Source: the human T2T-CHM13v2.0 reference genome, Homo sapiens
Assembly (NCBI RefSeq): GCF_009914755.1
Contig: NC_060926.1
DNA: 64,000 bases
Strand: one strand, 5' to 3'
Of the stretch, positions 1 through 14,104 are shown piece after piece. Below the pieces are notes generated by a model that saw only the letters and a list, made by a program, of their open reading frames with translations, ran no database searches and was not told where the DNA came from. Position 1 is the first letter of the stretch, and every line of letters begins with the position of its first letter. The translations under genes and the position numbers were made by a program.

Positions 1-479
1 AGCAACTGAGAGTCACTTAATATTAGAAAGAGCTGGTTCCAGGGGACCAACTCTATCCCCTGAAGTCAACTAACAATTTTTAGTTTGCTTATTCTTTCCC
101 AGCTCGCTCACCCTAAATTATAGAGCTTTCATTTCTTTGGCTACCGCTAAAAAATGACATCAAACCAGGAGAAGGTCATCAAGTTCATACCTTCAATGTG
201 TTCTTACTAACTGTATTTGAAAAAAACTTCAGCATCCTCAATTCTATAGACTTTTATTATCTGAGACACTCTTAAATACCTGATATCATTTCCAGATTGT
301 TTAACATATCAGAAACTGATTGTCTTGGCCTCATACCACAAGACCAATTATTCTACCAGATTAAGAGATGAGGAAGAGGAATCTGTTTTATTTTTATTTT
401 AATACCATTAAAAAAGTGATGCAAAATTTAAAAGCAAGCTTGCCTTTAAAATCATAATACCATTATAACTTTTCTACAA

Positions 480-693
480 CTAATAAATATTTGTTGAATA
501 CTCCATGTGCCAGCACCATGCTCATTTATGGTTTTCAGTAACTTCATGAGCTGATACTAATCTCCACTTCACAGATGCGGGGACTGAGGCTTAGAAGGAG
601 TAAGTGACACACTTAAACTTATACAACTGGGAAGCAACGGACCAGCATTCAAACAGGGACTAACCACTGATACCAGGAACTGACTACTATGCT
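480..693 (-). mobile_element. MIR SINE
   Basis: Reverse-complement MIR core (CACAGATG..GGACTGAGGCTTAGA..GTAAGTGAC) preceded by a reverse-complemented MIR 3' tail (ATATTTGTTGAATACT..TGTGCCAGCAC). Confidence 0.8.
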
Positions 694-839
694 ACAAAGC
701 TAAGGTGCTATAGGTATCAGGAGCAGGAAGTTTTTGAGCCATGTTGATGCAACTCATCCTTGTTTCAAAAAGTAGGTTATTGAGATCTCGAGTAGATATT
801 ACAAAATCACAAAGGCAAAAGATGGAATATTGAAGACAT

Positions 840-1135
<296 letters not shown>

Positions 1136-1977
1136 TTATTGCTGCCGTAAAAATCACTATTTAGATCCCAACATTCACCTATTTTAACATGCAGACATGA
1201 AAACTAAGAAACATGAGCATTTGTATAAAGGGCAATTTTGAGTATTGAGACTTCAATATTATAGTAACAGAAAAATCAATAAATGATGTTTGGTATGTGT
1301 TGGGAGCAGGGAGTGGTAGACAGATGTGTTCTTATTTAAACCAATGGATGACTTTTATTTAAACCAGAAAGACTTTAAATATTAAAATAAAGGAAGATGC
1401 CTGGACTAATTGCTGAGTACCTTCCACAAACTAAGTTTGGAAAACATAGGAAATACACAGGTGCTTTGGATACTTTGAAAATGGGAGCACATGGAAGGTT
1501 GGGCAGCTTATCTTTATCAACTGTGAGCAGTAGCTTCTGATTTTCTTTCCAGCCCTAGAGCTATATTGTGGAACCACCCAGATGACAGTAAATCCATAAT
1601 ACATTTCCCAGATCATCATTCTTCTGTTAAATTTTTTCCTTTTCCTTCATCCATGCTCAAGCATATTTCCTAATGTAGGTGCTCCCAACAAGACACTCAC
1701 TTAGACCTTCATCCTCCTCCTCCCCATTTAGTGCTAAGTTTATTTCTCCAATCATTATCTCACCCTTCCTTCCAGAATATGAGCTTACCAGTGCACTGAC
1801 CCAAGATCGCTTTCCAGTTCCCACGAACCCTTTTGCTCTTTAGTGGCACCTTCTTAATGTACCCTCTATCACTGATTCATCCAGGCATATCTGTGTCCAC
1901 ACTCTTCTCAAAGTTTCTGAATAACCTCACTGATGCTTTTAGTCACTGGACTTTTCAACTAAAATTAATCACGTGGT

Positions 1978-2292
1978 GGCTGGGTGCGGTGGCTCATGCC
2001 TGTAATCCCAGCACTTTGGGACACTGAGGTGGGCAGATTGCTTGAGCCCAGGAGTTTGAGATCAGCCTAGGAAACATGGTGAAATCCCATTTCTACAAAA
2101 AATACAAAAATTAGCCAGGTGTGGTGGCATGCACCTGTGGTCCCAACTACTCGGGAGACTGAGGTGGGAGGATTGCTTGAGCTCAGGAGGTTAAGGCTGC
2201 AGTGAGCCGTGATTGTGCCACTGCACACCAGCCTGGGTGACAGAGTGAGACCCTGTCTCAAAATAATAAAATAAAAGAAGATAAAATAAAAT
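1978..2292 (+). mobile_element. AluJ, full length
   Basis: GGCTGGGTGCGGTGGCTCA start; J-type GATTGCTTGAGCCCAGGAG and GGCTGCAGTGAGCCGTGAT; (AAAAT)-like tail. Confidence 0.95.
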
Positions 2293-2608
2293 AGTCCCAT
2301 GGTGCCTCTATTTTTCACTTAACCCTCAGTGCTCAGAGTGTACTCCCCACCCATCCTTCACATGGCTTCTGGCCTAAGTACTTGCTGAACTTAAAAGTCC
2401 TGGAGCTCACCACTGACTACCTCACTGTTATTTTGTTGTTGTTGTTTTGTTTTGTTTTCAGACTACTCAAATACTTTGTTTTATTATAGTACATGGGTTG
2501 GTACTGATGGGAGGGTATACATGTAGCCAGCAACCACTTCCCTGGTTAGCATCAGATGCCTATTCCATGGCCACAGCTGTGCCAAAGGTGCCACTACCTG
2601 TACAATGA

Positions 2609-2948
<340 letters not shown>

Positions 2949-3334
2949 CAAACCTGTATTCTGATCTTGAGACAGGAAAAGTTGCTGAAGAACTGCCATG
3001 AACACATTGAAATCCATCACAAAGCCCATCATCACGAGGTTAAAGCAGTTTGGTTGGGGCTTTTGGTAGGGACCCAGAGCAACTATCTCACTCACAGTGG
3101 TGCTGGTCTCTGCCACTAGGACCATGCTGCTAGGACCCCGTTGAAGGCAGGCAGTTCTGGAGCTAGAGTCCACTTGGAGGCTGTGTCTCTTACCACTTTA
3201 TTTTTAAATCAAGTGTTTTCTCCTTTCCCATTCCCCACAGCCTGAGTGTAACAAGATTTTATTAACCATTCACTCCCCTTTCCAAATGTCTCCTGATAAA
3301 TGTTTTTTGAAACATTTGGCTTTTTCATTTGTTA

Positions 3335-3860
3335 CTGATTTATTTAGTCATCTACTAATTTATTTAGCAAACACTTATTAAAGGCCTTCTTGGTGCACTT
3401 GCAGCTAAGTGTGGATACAGAAATGAAAGTTAGCACCATCTTCAAGCAAGAGACAAGAATGAAACAATTATATAAGAGTATGATAAATGTGTGATACAGT
3501 GGTGGAAAGATTGCTGTGAACTGGAGAAGTGGGGCTTCTGATCAACTTAAAGCAGTAAAGGGAGGCTTCTAAGAGGAGGGGTCACTGGATCTGGTGTGAT
3601 GATAAGGCTCTATCCAGGCAGAAGGGAAAGTAATTACAAGGTCAAGGTCATGCAGCAATGGGAGAAGACGGCAAATACTTCAGTGTGTATGGCAGATAGG
3701 TGGTAGTCACAGGAGCTGGAGCTGGCTGGAGATACAATCAGAACATACATAGCATTTTGTAGAACGCTGTAGAGTTTAGAAATTATCTGAAGCTGTGAAG
3801 AGTTTTGGCTAGTGGAGATGAGATTATCAATTTTGTGGTTTTCAAAATATTTTTCTGGGA
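3335..3860 (-). mobile_element. L2 LINE 3' fragment
   Basis: TTTATTTAGCAAACACTTATTAA-type reverse L2 tail followed by degenerate purine-rich L2 body. Confidence 0.6.
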
Positions 3861-3904
3861 GGACAAGACTTCCTTTAACTCCCTCCTTATTTCCTGTTAG
3901 GGAA

Positions 3905-4285
3905 ATTCCTCAAAGCCTAATTCTCTATGCTGTTATTTTATACTCTTTCCCTGGGATAATGTATCCACTAATGTATAGCCAATTGTCATAATAACCCGAT
4001 GACTCTCAAATATTAATTTCCACTTCTGACTTTGCTCCCCAATAAGGGCAATTCTGCTTCTTCCTGCTGTTATGCCATTTTCTCTCTAACTCTGTTGTCT
4101 TTCAATGTTGACAGGGTTTCACAGCATGGAGACACCTTAAATTAACTGTGTTCTCTTACGTCCATTGCCCAGCAACCAACAGGTTTGATTGCTTTATATT
4201 CTCTACTGTCATTTGCATTGTTTGTCTCCATTCCCATTCTTGTCAACATAGCCCAGATCTATGTTGCTTATCTAGATTACTGACA
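3905..4285 (+). mobile_element. L2 LINE fragment(s)
   Basis: TATACTCTTTCCCTGGG..GATGACTCTCAAATATTAATTTCC resembles the L2 ORF2 YADD-region consensus. Confidence 0.55.
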
Positions 4286-4288
4286 TTC

Positions 4289-5070
4289 CTCAAAAGAAGA
4301 CATTTATGCAGACAACAAACATATGAAAAAAAGCTCATCATCACTGGTAATTAGAGAAATGCAAATCAAAACCACAATGAGACACCATCTCATGCCAGTT
4401 AGAATGGTGAGCATTAAAAAGTCAGGAAACAACAGATGCTGGAGAGGATGTGGAGAAATAGGAACGCCTTCACACTGTTGGTGGGAGGGTAAATTAGTTC
4501 AACCATTGTGGAACACAGTGTGGCGATTCCTCAAGGATCTAGAACTAGAAATACTATTTGACCCAGCAATCCCATTACTGGGTATATACCTAAATATTAT
4601 AAATCATTGTACTATAAAGACACATGCACACATTTATTGCGGCACTCTTCACAATAGCAAAGACTTGGAACAAACCCAAATGTCCATCAACAATAGACTG
4701 CATAAAGAAAATGTGGCAGATATACACCACGGAATACTGCGGAGCCATAAAAAAGGATGAGTTCATGTCCTTTGCAGGGACTCAGCAACTAACACAAGAA
4801 CAGAAAACCAAACACTGCACGTTCTCACTCATAAGTGGGAGATGAACAATGAGAACACATGGACACAGAGGGGGGAACTTCACACACCGGGGCCTGTTTG
4901 GGGGTGGGGAGATAGGGGAGGGATAGCATTAGGAGAAATACCTAATGTAAGTGGCAGGTTGATGGGTGCAGCAAACCACCATGGCATGTGTATACCTGTA
5001 TAACAAACTTGCACATTCTACACGTGTATCCCAGAACTTAAAGTATAATAAAAAGAAAAAAGAAAAAGAA
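4289..5070 (+). mobile_element. 5'-truncated L1PA7/8-like LINE-1 (ORF2 C-terminus and 3' UTR, inactive)
   Basis: ORFs 4323-4760 and 4624-4845 translate as the L1 ORF2 C-terminus ([34 protein letters not shown]) with a frameshift; G-rich 3' UTR; CCCAGAACTTAAAGTATAATAAAA plus poly(A). Confidence 0.95.
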
Positions 5071-5072
5071 GA

Positions 5073-5271
5073 TTTTGTTTTCTTTTTTTTAAGACAGAGT
5101 CTTGCTCTGTCACCCAGGCTAGAGTGCAGTGGCACCATCGTAGTTCACTGTAGCCTCAGTTTTACAGGCTTAAGCAATCCTCCTGCTTCAACCTCCCAAG
5201 TATTTGGGACTACAGGCACACGCCACCACTTTTTGTTGTTTTCAGTAGGGATGAGGTCTATGTTGCCCAGG
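5073..5271 (-). mobile_element. AluJ, 5'-truncated
   Basis: T tail then AGACAGAGTCTTGCTCTGTCACCCAGGCT..; AGAAGATT appears on both flanks (possible TSD). Confidence 0.9.
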
Positions 5272-5339
5272 ATAGAAGATTCTTAACTGTCTACTGTTTC
5301 TTCTTCCTCTAGTTGTTCATTTTTGTTATATATAGAGAG

Positions 5340-6470
5340 TAGGAGTATGCAGAAAAAATAGTGTGCACATAAAACAACATAAAAAACATTTCTAGTTTAG
5401 AAATCATAAAATGGACACTGATGATTATACCACCAAGATTAAGACACAGAACATTATTAGTAAATTTAAAACCTTCTGTATACCACCCTCCAATATCATC
5501 TACTCTTTCCACCACCCAGAAGTAACCACTATCCTGATTTTGTGTTAATCAGCCCCTTCCATTTCTTTATATTTTTAACCACCAGCGTATGTATATTTCT
5601 TGTTTGCCTTTAAAAGGAAACTTTTTATAGGATAAATCAAACAATATATATTCATCAGAATGCTATGTATTCATTATACTATACATAATCATAGTATATA
5701 GATTAATACTACATACATCTTATATATTCACTCATATAATATAGTCATTCATACTATATACATTATCATATATATTCATCATACTATATGTATGAATCAT
5801 ACTTATTTCTTTCACTTAATATTACATTTTTGAGATTTATCTAAGTTGATGCATGTAGCAGTCACTTGTTTATCTTCAGTGCTAGCAGTATTCTGTCACA
5901 TGAGTTTACCTCAATTTATTTATTCTAATGTTGGTTCTTTGTTTTTTGGTATTACAAACAGTGCTCTTTTAGATATCCTCATACAAGTTTTGTGGTTACA
6001 TGTGCAGGCATTTTTTTGGAGAATACTAAATGCTAAATTGTAAGTTGTATGCATATTCAACTCTCCTGATTAGTGCCAATCAGCTTTGCAACTTGGTTAT
6101 ATAAATTTACTTTCTGATCAGAGTTTTTCTTGTTCTACACCCTTGACAATGTCCTTTCTTTAAAGTTTTGCCAATCTAGTGGGCATGAAACTGTGTCTTA
6201 TTGTTATTCAAATTTGTATTTCTCTGAGTACTCATTCGATTGAGCATCTTTTCCTGTGTTTATAAACCTTTTGAGCTTTTTTCCTTATGAAATGAAATTC
6301 TTATTTAGTTTGCTCACCTTTTTATTGGCTAGCTACCTTTTTCTTTTAGAAATCTACCTGTTTTCTAAAGGTTCTTTATGTATTCTCTGTTCAATGCTTT
6401 GTATATTATATATACAATTATATCATATTTTGCTTATTCATATTATTGGTTCTTTTTCTATAATGAACAC
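5340..6470 (-). mobile_element. Old mammalian L1 (L1ME-like) 3' region
   Basis: CCCAGAAGTAACCACTATCCTGA, TTTGAGATTTATC..GTTGATGCATGTAGC, TTTTGCCAATCT..GGGCATGAAA and TTGAGCATCTTTTC are typical L1M reverse-strand blocks. Confidence 0.75.
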
Positions 6471-7124
6471 ATGCTACTAGTAAAATTTAAAAAGTTATTT
6501 ACCAATGAAGGTATAAAATGGGAGTTTTCATGTAAAGGAGCATTAGTTGCACACTTTAGTGGATTTTTTTTTTTTTTTAGCACTAACACACCCAGGACAA
6601 GAAAGGGAGCTAACCATTTCAGTACACTGCTCAAATGTCAGTAAATAAATAGATATCAAGTTACAAATGTCCAAGGCTAAATCTAGAGATTATTTTTTCT
6701 CTTTGAAAGCATGAAAATATGCAGACATTTTAATAATGCTAGGTAGAAAAATTCTGTAGCAAATATTAAATGTATTTATGATATCAATAAATGGCAAGAC
6801 CTTGTAACTAGTTCCAAGGACATACATTTTATAGACATATATAACTTTCTAATATGTCTTAAAATGAATAAGCTGTTTTTACTTTGTTGCATGTGTATTT
6901 TTAATAGAATTCTATTTGTAACTTTTTATTCACACCCCTTTCTCTTGCTTGCAAGAGCCAATTGTGTATGTCATTTTCTAATTCAGTATTAAGAAAAGTC
7001 ACATTGGAAGCTTGAAATTAGCCATGATGGTTCTGTTTACACCATGCAAATTGGAAAATGTTTCAATCAGAATTGTTGGGTTTTTGTTTTTTTTCCCCAG
7101 ATTGTCAGTTTTGAAAATTTTCCA

Positions 7125-8425
7125 ATACACCACTGCCCACCTACCCAGCACATAGAAATTGCACTTGTTAAGGTCACTAATGACCATAAAGTTGCCAAAT
7201 CCAATACACATTTTTGTTTACTTTTTATTTGATCTCTCAGTCACATCTGGTACCATTGAACACTTTTTTTTTTTTTTCTCAAAATGCTCTCTTCAGCTGG
7301 ACTCCACGACTCCTCTGTCTCTTGGTTCCCTGGTCACTTTATTGTTCCACTCTTTCCTGGTTCCTTGACCTGTTTTATCTCTCCAGCCTCTAAACGTTGG
7401 ATGCTTCAAGGCTCAATCCTCAAAGTTTTTCTTTCTTTTTTTCTATTTACACTCACTCTCTAGTGATTTCATTCATGCCCATGTCTTTAAATACCCTTCA
7501 TGCACTGATTACTCCCAAATGCACCTCTCCAGCCTTCACAGTTCCTCCAATTAGTATATCCGTATATCAGCTGCCAGCTTGACATCACCTCATGAACGTC
7601 TAACAGACAATTCAAGTTTACACATGTACGAAATCCAACTTTTGATTACTTTCTCCAAATTTATTATCCAATCTTCCCCATCTCAATATATCATATTCCA
7701 ATAGATTGTATTTTATCAGTTACTTACCCCAAAAATCTTGAAGTCATTTTCGACTCCTCTTTTCTCTGTCTCTCTTCCTTGGTCCAAGCCACAATCATAC
7801 CTCTGTATTACTGTCTCCTGGCTTCCAAACTCATTCTTTCATAGTCTATTCTCCTCACAGGAGAAAAAGCAATCCTTTGAAATCACACTGGAGCTCGCCA
7901 TTCCTCTGCTGAACATTCCAATTGTTTCCATCCACCCCTGCTAATATCCAAAGTCCTTATCATGGCCTATAAATTCCCCTGTAATGTGACCACCCACTGC
8001 CTCTTTGACTTGATCTCTTCTGACCTCTGCACTACACCTAAACCATCTCCAACCACATGGGCAATTTTTCAAATACGTTGACTACATTCCTGCCACAGGA
8101 CCTTTGTATGTGACTAGCTTCTCTGTCTGGAATATTCTCTCCTCTCAGAGCTACAAGACCCACTCCTTCACATCACAGCTTATCAACGAGGCCATGCTCA
8201 ACATTCTTTGATGATTCTCTACCATCTTCTCCCCACCTTATTTTTTATCCTTTTCTTCAGGACACGTCCCACAACCTGGCATGTTGTCCGTTTCTTTATT
8301 GTGTATCTTCCCATTAGGACCTAAGCTAAGTGACAAAAGAAGCCCTGTTTTCCTTACAGCTATATCCTAATAGCCAATAAAAATGCTTGCTGTGTAGTAG
8401 GTACTTGGTAAATACTTGCTACATA
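7125..8425 (+). mobile_element. L2 (L2a-like) LINE, 3' ~1.3 kb
   Basis: GTTAAGGTCACTAATGACC..GTTGCCAAATCCAA, TCTTTAAATACC..TGATTACTCCCAAAT, CCACAGGACCTTTG, ending TGTGTAGTAGGTACTTGGTAAATACTTG. Confidence 0.85.
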
Positions 8426-8436
8426 AAAAATGTTTA

Positions 8437-8728
<292 letters not shown>

Positions 8729-10326
8729 AAAATGTTTAAAATAATATTTTGTTTGATTTATAGCAGATTAGTTTTCATATGTAAAGACAATTACAAGAAA
8801 AAGGAGTTGACTGCTAGGCTCTGGTTAGATATCTTCTGTGCACTTTCTAAAGAAGATATCAAATATAAAAAGTGGCTTTTGTGTAGTGGAAAGTGATCTG
8901 CCCACTTGCCAAGGTATTTGATACAGAAAAAGTAAGACAAAATTTAGTCATGAAACCTACATGAATGCCACAGGTATCTCTGCCTGCTTAGCTGTAGAGA
9001 GGACAGAGTTCTGGATAACTGTAATTTTTCTAGGTGCAGAAGAGTGGTCTGATCAGGCACATATTGGCTTTAATCTTGTTATTCACACTGGTTACAAAAG
9101 TTTGCTCTTCACCAGAGAAAAATACCATACAGACGTCCCATCAGTTCTGTGAAAAATTTCTGAAACCCTCTACTTGATATCTTCCTGCCAAATTCCTGCT
9201 GACTGCAAATGAGCACAAAATGTCAGCTTTTGTTATTTGAAGCACTAATGATGGATTTGAAATATTACTCTAACTTTGATTCCAGGATTCACTATTATGG
9301 TTTAACTGATGCAATATCCCAAGTCCCATTGATAGAAGAATCAGATTTTAATGGTTTTAATAGAGAGCATGATCAAATCCATATAGATAACATTTGGGGG
9401 AGTTATTTTAAAAGGCTTTTTTTCAGATTCTAATCGAATTATAAAAATCACGTCTGCCTCAAACATGCTGAGTTTCCTGGCGAATGGGGGGTACAATATT
9501 ATTAATAAAGATTATTCTGATTTTAAAAAATGTGTAGTTTAAGTTTTACTCACCAAAATAACCTCAATCCATCAAATATTTAATGACAGGACATTTAAAG
9601 AAAATATTTTAAATTTAAAATTAAAGAAAATTATGATTTCTAATTGTCCTTGCCCTTTGGTAAATAAGAGCTTTTTAAATAAGAACTTGGTACTCAACAG
9701 TAAAGATACTAACAAAGTAAAAAATACAATGTCCTGTCTTTCTTCCATTCACCTGTCCATCTGTTTCCCTGAAGTGTGATTTTAACTCATCTTGGTGTTC
9801 ATTGTGTCTTGTTATAGTTTATGTCTAATTCGTTTCTAGAACAAAGAAAAACTGAACTGAGAGGTGAAGTGATGTCTGTGACTAATCTCAAAACAAAAGC
9901 CTATTCTCCATAACTCTAGCCCAGTTTTGAACATACCAGAGGTTTGTTCTTGGAAACCTTGAAAAAGCCGATATTATTTCCCAAAAGACAGTGAAGAGGA
10001 CTGGCACATTTGTGTAATGTCTTTATGGAGGACAATTGAAAAGTGGTGACTAATACCTAGACTCTCACGTGAATTACCCATTCAGTCAGTTGTTACATAT
10101 GTCCCTCCAGCATGCTTGTAATTTTTTTATTCTTCTAATATTGGTTAATTGTTTTGAAAAAAATTTCTGGTGGATTTTTTTAGCCAACTGCCTGGAATGT
10201 TAAAAAAAAAAAAAAAAAAAAAGATTCCTCAAGTTTATTTGCAAATCCATGGCAGAAAAATGAAGTTTGCTGGTGACTTTTATTATGATAGTATAAGGAT
10301 CCAGACAGAGACCCAAATCAATACTA

Positions 10327-10434
10327 TTTTTTTTTTTTTAAGAGAGGGGGGTCTCGCTGTGTTTCCCAGGCTGGACTCAAACTCCTGGGCTACACAATCT
10401 TCCTGCCTCAGCTTCCCAAGTAGCTGGGAGTACA
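10327..10434 (-). mobile_element. Alu monomer (FLAM-like)
   Basis: T tail plus GGTCTCGCTGTGTTTCCCAGGCTGGACTCAAACTCCTGGGC..CTCAGCTTCCCAAGTAGCTGGGA. Confidence 0.85.
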
Positions 10435-11101
10435 AACAGTTTTAAACATTTAATTTAATCATATTGTAAGTAGAAAATGGAAAAAAACATATAAATTGTT
10501 TTAAAATCTTTACCTTATAATTCTAGAAATGAATGTTTGGAAATAAGACATAATATGGAAAATAATAACTAGAAAAATCAGAATCTTGACACTAAGTACT
10601 AATAAATAACTCTTATAAAGTAGGTAACTTACAAGAAAGTAACACTTTCATATTTCAAATTTCTTTCTCTAAATCATTATGCATAAATTATATATAAACA
10701 TATTTACATAAATGTTAATATGCTACATACTAAACATGTACTTTATATCTATATATCTATATATATATATGCATATAATACCTACCATGTAAAAAGCATT
10801 GCACTTCATAGTGCTGATCCAAAATGACTACAACACAATACCTACTATTAAGGAGTTCATAGTTTAGTGGGAGGGAGGGATTAGCACAGCAGTTATTTCC
10901 CAGGTCATTAGTCTGGTTATTATTATATTGTCTAGAAAAAACTACTCAGTAGTAATTCTTTTTTCTCCCCTGCCAGCCAGATTGCTTTAACTGTGGCTTC
11001 CCTGAGGCCCTTTATCTCAAAGGCTCCAAGCAAGACACTGGAGACCTAGAGCTGTGCCTCTCTTTCCTGCATGAGCATTCCCGTGGTTCTCAGGCTTTAT
11101 A

Positions 11102-11257
11102 CGGTTGCTTGATAAAATACATGATTTCCAGTTAAATTTCTGATCAATGAGTACATTTTAAAGTATATGTCATTCAATATATGAGATATCCTTATACATT
11201 AAAATGTTATTTATCTGAAATTCAAATTGATATTTTATTTGCTAAGTGTGACAACCG
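11102..11257. mobile_element. MER53-like palindromic hAT MITE
   Basis: GGTTGC..GATAAAATAC..CCAGTTAAATTT ... TTTATCTGAAATTCAAATT..TATTTTATTTGCTAA..GACAACC matches the remembered MER53 layout. Confidence 0.75.
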
Positions 11258-11455
11258 CACTGTAGGCCATTGACCTAATTCTATTTCCCTTTAAAATGAG
11301 TTGCTTTCTCACTAGCAATGCACAAGAATTGAGGAATAATATTTATCCACCAATTTTTGCCAATTCTTAGATCAAATTCTACAATTATGGTAAAATAAAG
11401 AATGGTAATATAATGGGAGTATGCAGTATGCATACCTGATTTGGCACCCAAATAT

Positions 11456-11505
<50 letters not shown>

Positions 11506-11512
11506 TGTGTGT
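11456..11512. repeat. (TA)n(TG)n compound microsatellite
   Basis: Directly visible. Confidence 0.95.
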
Positions 11513-11672
11513 AGGCATGGTGTTGTGCACCTGTAGTCCTAGTTACTTGGGAGGCTGAGGTGGAAGGATTGCTTATGCCCAGGAGTTCAAGGCTGCAGTG
11601 AGCCACGATTGTGCCACTGCACTTCAGCCGAGGCAACAGAGCAAGATCATGTTTCTAAACAAAGAAAGCAAA
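11513..11672 (+). mobile_element. AluJ right arm / FRAM
   Basis: GGCATGGTG..CCTGTAGTCCTAG..GGATTGCTT..GGCTGCAGTGAGCCACGATTGTGCCACTGCAC. Confidence 0.9.
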
Positions 11673-11731
11673 TACATAGAATATTATTCTAGGCCAAGAA
11701 AAGCCTCTGTAAAAATACAAAGGCATTTGAG

Positions 11732-11798
11732 AACCTAGTTATAATCTATTATAACTATAACCTAGTTATAACCTATTATAACTATAACCTAGTTATAA
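11732..11798. repeat. 27-bp AT-rich tandem repeat x2.5
   Basis: Unit AACCTAGTTATAA(T/C)CTATTATAACTAT. Confidence 0.9.
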
Positions 11799-11971
11799 TA
11801 ATAAGCACGTTTTTAAGTACTGCTAGAGTTTAGTCATGTAGAAAAGATAGTAGGAGATTAAACATAGGTTAAATCCTGTCGCATCTTCCCTGCTTATCTT
11901 GTTAAAAAGCCTGGGCTTCATCTTGGAAGGAAAAGGGAGTAAAGAATTTTAAGAGGTGAGCTGCAAGGTCA

Positions 11972-12452
11972 GTATCTTATATTGGGTTCCTTCAAAAGCA
12001 GAGCCTCAGACAAAGACTTGGGTGTGGGCAGCTTATTTGGGAGTGATCCCAGGTAGCAGGAGTGAGGAAGGAGAGGAGTGAAGCAGGGAAGCAGGAAACC
12101 CAATAGAAGACTGGGTTTGGTAAGTTGCTGCTGGAGACAACAAGGCCTGACTCCATAAGGATCTCTGAGTAGAGCATAAAATGCATTGAATTCTAGGAAG
12201 GATGGAAACTAGGTAATTGATCAAATGGTTCCCATTTTCCATTGGTTGAGGAAGTGCAGAGGGGTTGGTTGGTAACTCTCCTAGATCTCTCATCCTAGTG
12301 TGTGCAAACAGCAGTGGCTTTTTGTTTTGGCAAGCAGAAAGCAAAGGTGGGGACACTTGCTTGAGGTGGGACACTGCATAAATCTAAGACTATGGCTAAA
12401 ATTAGAAGTAGTCCTGGGGATGAGATGCAGGGAACCAACAGAGTCTCTGCAA
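11972..12452 (-). mobile_element. ERVL-type solo LTR (LTR16/LTR33-like)
   Basis: Minus strand ends ..AAATAAGCTGCCCACACCCAAGTCTTTGTCTGAGGCTCTGCTTTTGAAGGAACCCAA.., like LTR16/33 3' ends; length ~480 bp. Confidence 0.7.
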
Positions 12453-12891
12453 TCAGAGATTCATCTGTAATTTACATTGTAAGTATAATTTGCTAAATTA
12501 TCATCTAATCATAGCAATTAAGAGGGAATCATTCACGGAAACCCAAGAGTAGAAAAAAATAGCAATTGATGCATAATTGTGATTTATTATTTAGAATTAA
12601 AATCTTTTACACAAACAATTCATATCTGCTAGGACTTGGTTATGTAAAAACCAGAGTACTAATAATGCCTTCCAAAACTATAAAATCAGCCAAAAGATGT
12701 ACAGAAAGAATGTAAACACTATAAATCTATATGAAAAGCAAACTTGCTTTTTAAAAATAGAGTAATATGTTTGTCAGTATGAATTCTATGTAATTCAGAA
12801 AATTGTGAATGGATATTCAAGTGCAGATAAATTGCATTTAACTTAATTAGCTAAATTGATCAAATAGAAAGAAGATTGGGGTGATACAGGA

Positions 12892-13110
12892 GTAGTATTT
12901 ATTGAGTGTCCACTCTGTAAGGTTTTTAATATGTGTTTATTCTGTATACTTCACAATGACCCTGGGAAGGAGATATTATTAGCCCTTATAAATATTAAAA
13001 AACTGAGGATCAAGGTGGTTAAGGCATTTGTTCAAAATCACACACCTAGTAAATGGTAAAGTCAGGACTCAAATCCATTTCTTTTCAACTCCTCTTTCCA
13101 CTTCATTGCT
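12892..13110 (-). mobile_element. MIR SINE
   Basis: TATTTATTGAGTG..TCACAATGACCCTG..AAACTGAGG..AAAATCACACACCTAGTAAATGG..AGGACTCAAATCC. Confidence 0.8.
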
Positions 13111-14104
13111 TTCTCTTAAAAGCCAGTTGCTTTGCAAGGTAAACCATGGAAATATTTATAATTATTTTTAAAAATAGAATTTTAATATTCACGGTTACTG
13201 AAGGATATATTGCAGTATTGCATGCTTGTAAAACGTGTACTTTCCTAATTTTATAACCACAATAATATTTATAATAGAATATATTCAGGCCATATGAAAG
13301 GGATCTCTGAAAGTGTTAAAATGTGAAGAAGGTTCTTTTGGCCATAGGCAAAAGTTTAATAAAAATAAAAAAAAAGTCAGCATGTTTAGTAATGAGAGGA
13401 AAAAAAATGTTTTCTGTGGTCATGTTTTTCAACTTTAACTATATTTGCCTATCATTTTAATATAAACATGGTATATTTATATAGCCTAAAGCAATAGGAA
13501 CCAGATTCCTTGTTTTCAGGATGCCAAAAAATACATCTTCAAGGATGATAAGCAATAACAGAGAAAAGTGAATCAAAAATATCAAGCTTCTATCTGATTC
13601 CTGACCAAGATTTTAATTTTATTGCACAAATATGCTATGGTGACAGCTATATACAGTAGTACCACCCACCCAACCCTGATGCAGGGAAGGGTCTGCCAGC
13701 ATTCCCATTAGAATCCATAAATGGATTTCTGATGTTTTAATGCACATTAAATTGGCATCTAGGTTCTCAGAAAGATGTGTTTTTGTTTAAAAAAATAAGT
13801 TTTCTAAAAAGAGACCTAAATAGTATCAGCTGGCTTTGATTAGAAGGTGCATAGCAGGTGATTTCTGGTGAACTGTTAGACCTAATGATGTCAGCGGAAT
13901 GACTGCATAGTACTTGTGACACTGAAGGGCATCCAGAGGATAGTGCCAAAGGGAAGATTTTTATTTCAAGGGGTACTAAGAAAGGTGCAGCCGCCAAATT
14001 TTTTAAACCATTAAAGAAACTACACATGTAATAAATAGCTGAATCATAATTTAAACCACTCTGCTTTTTATTTTACAAAGTGAAAAACTATCATGGAGGA
14101 GAGG

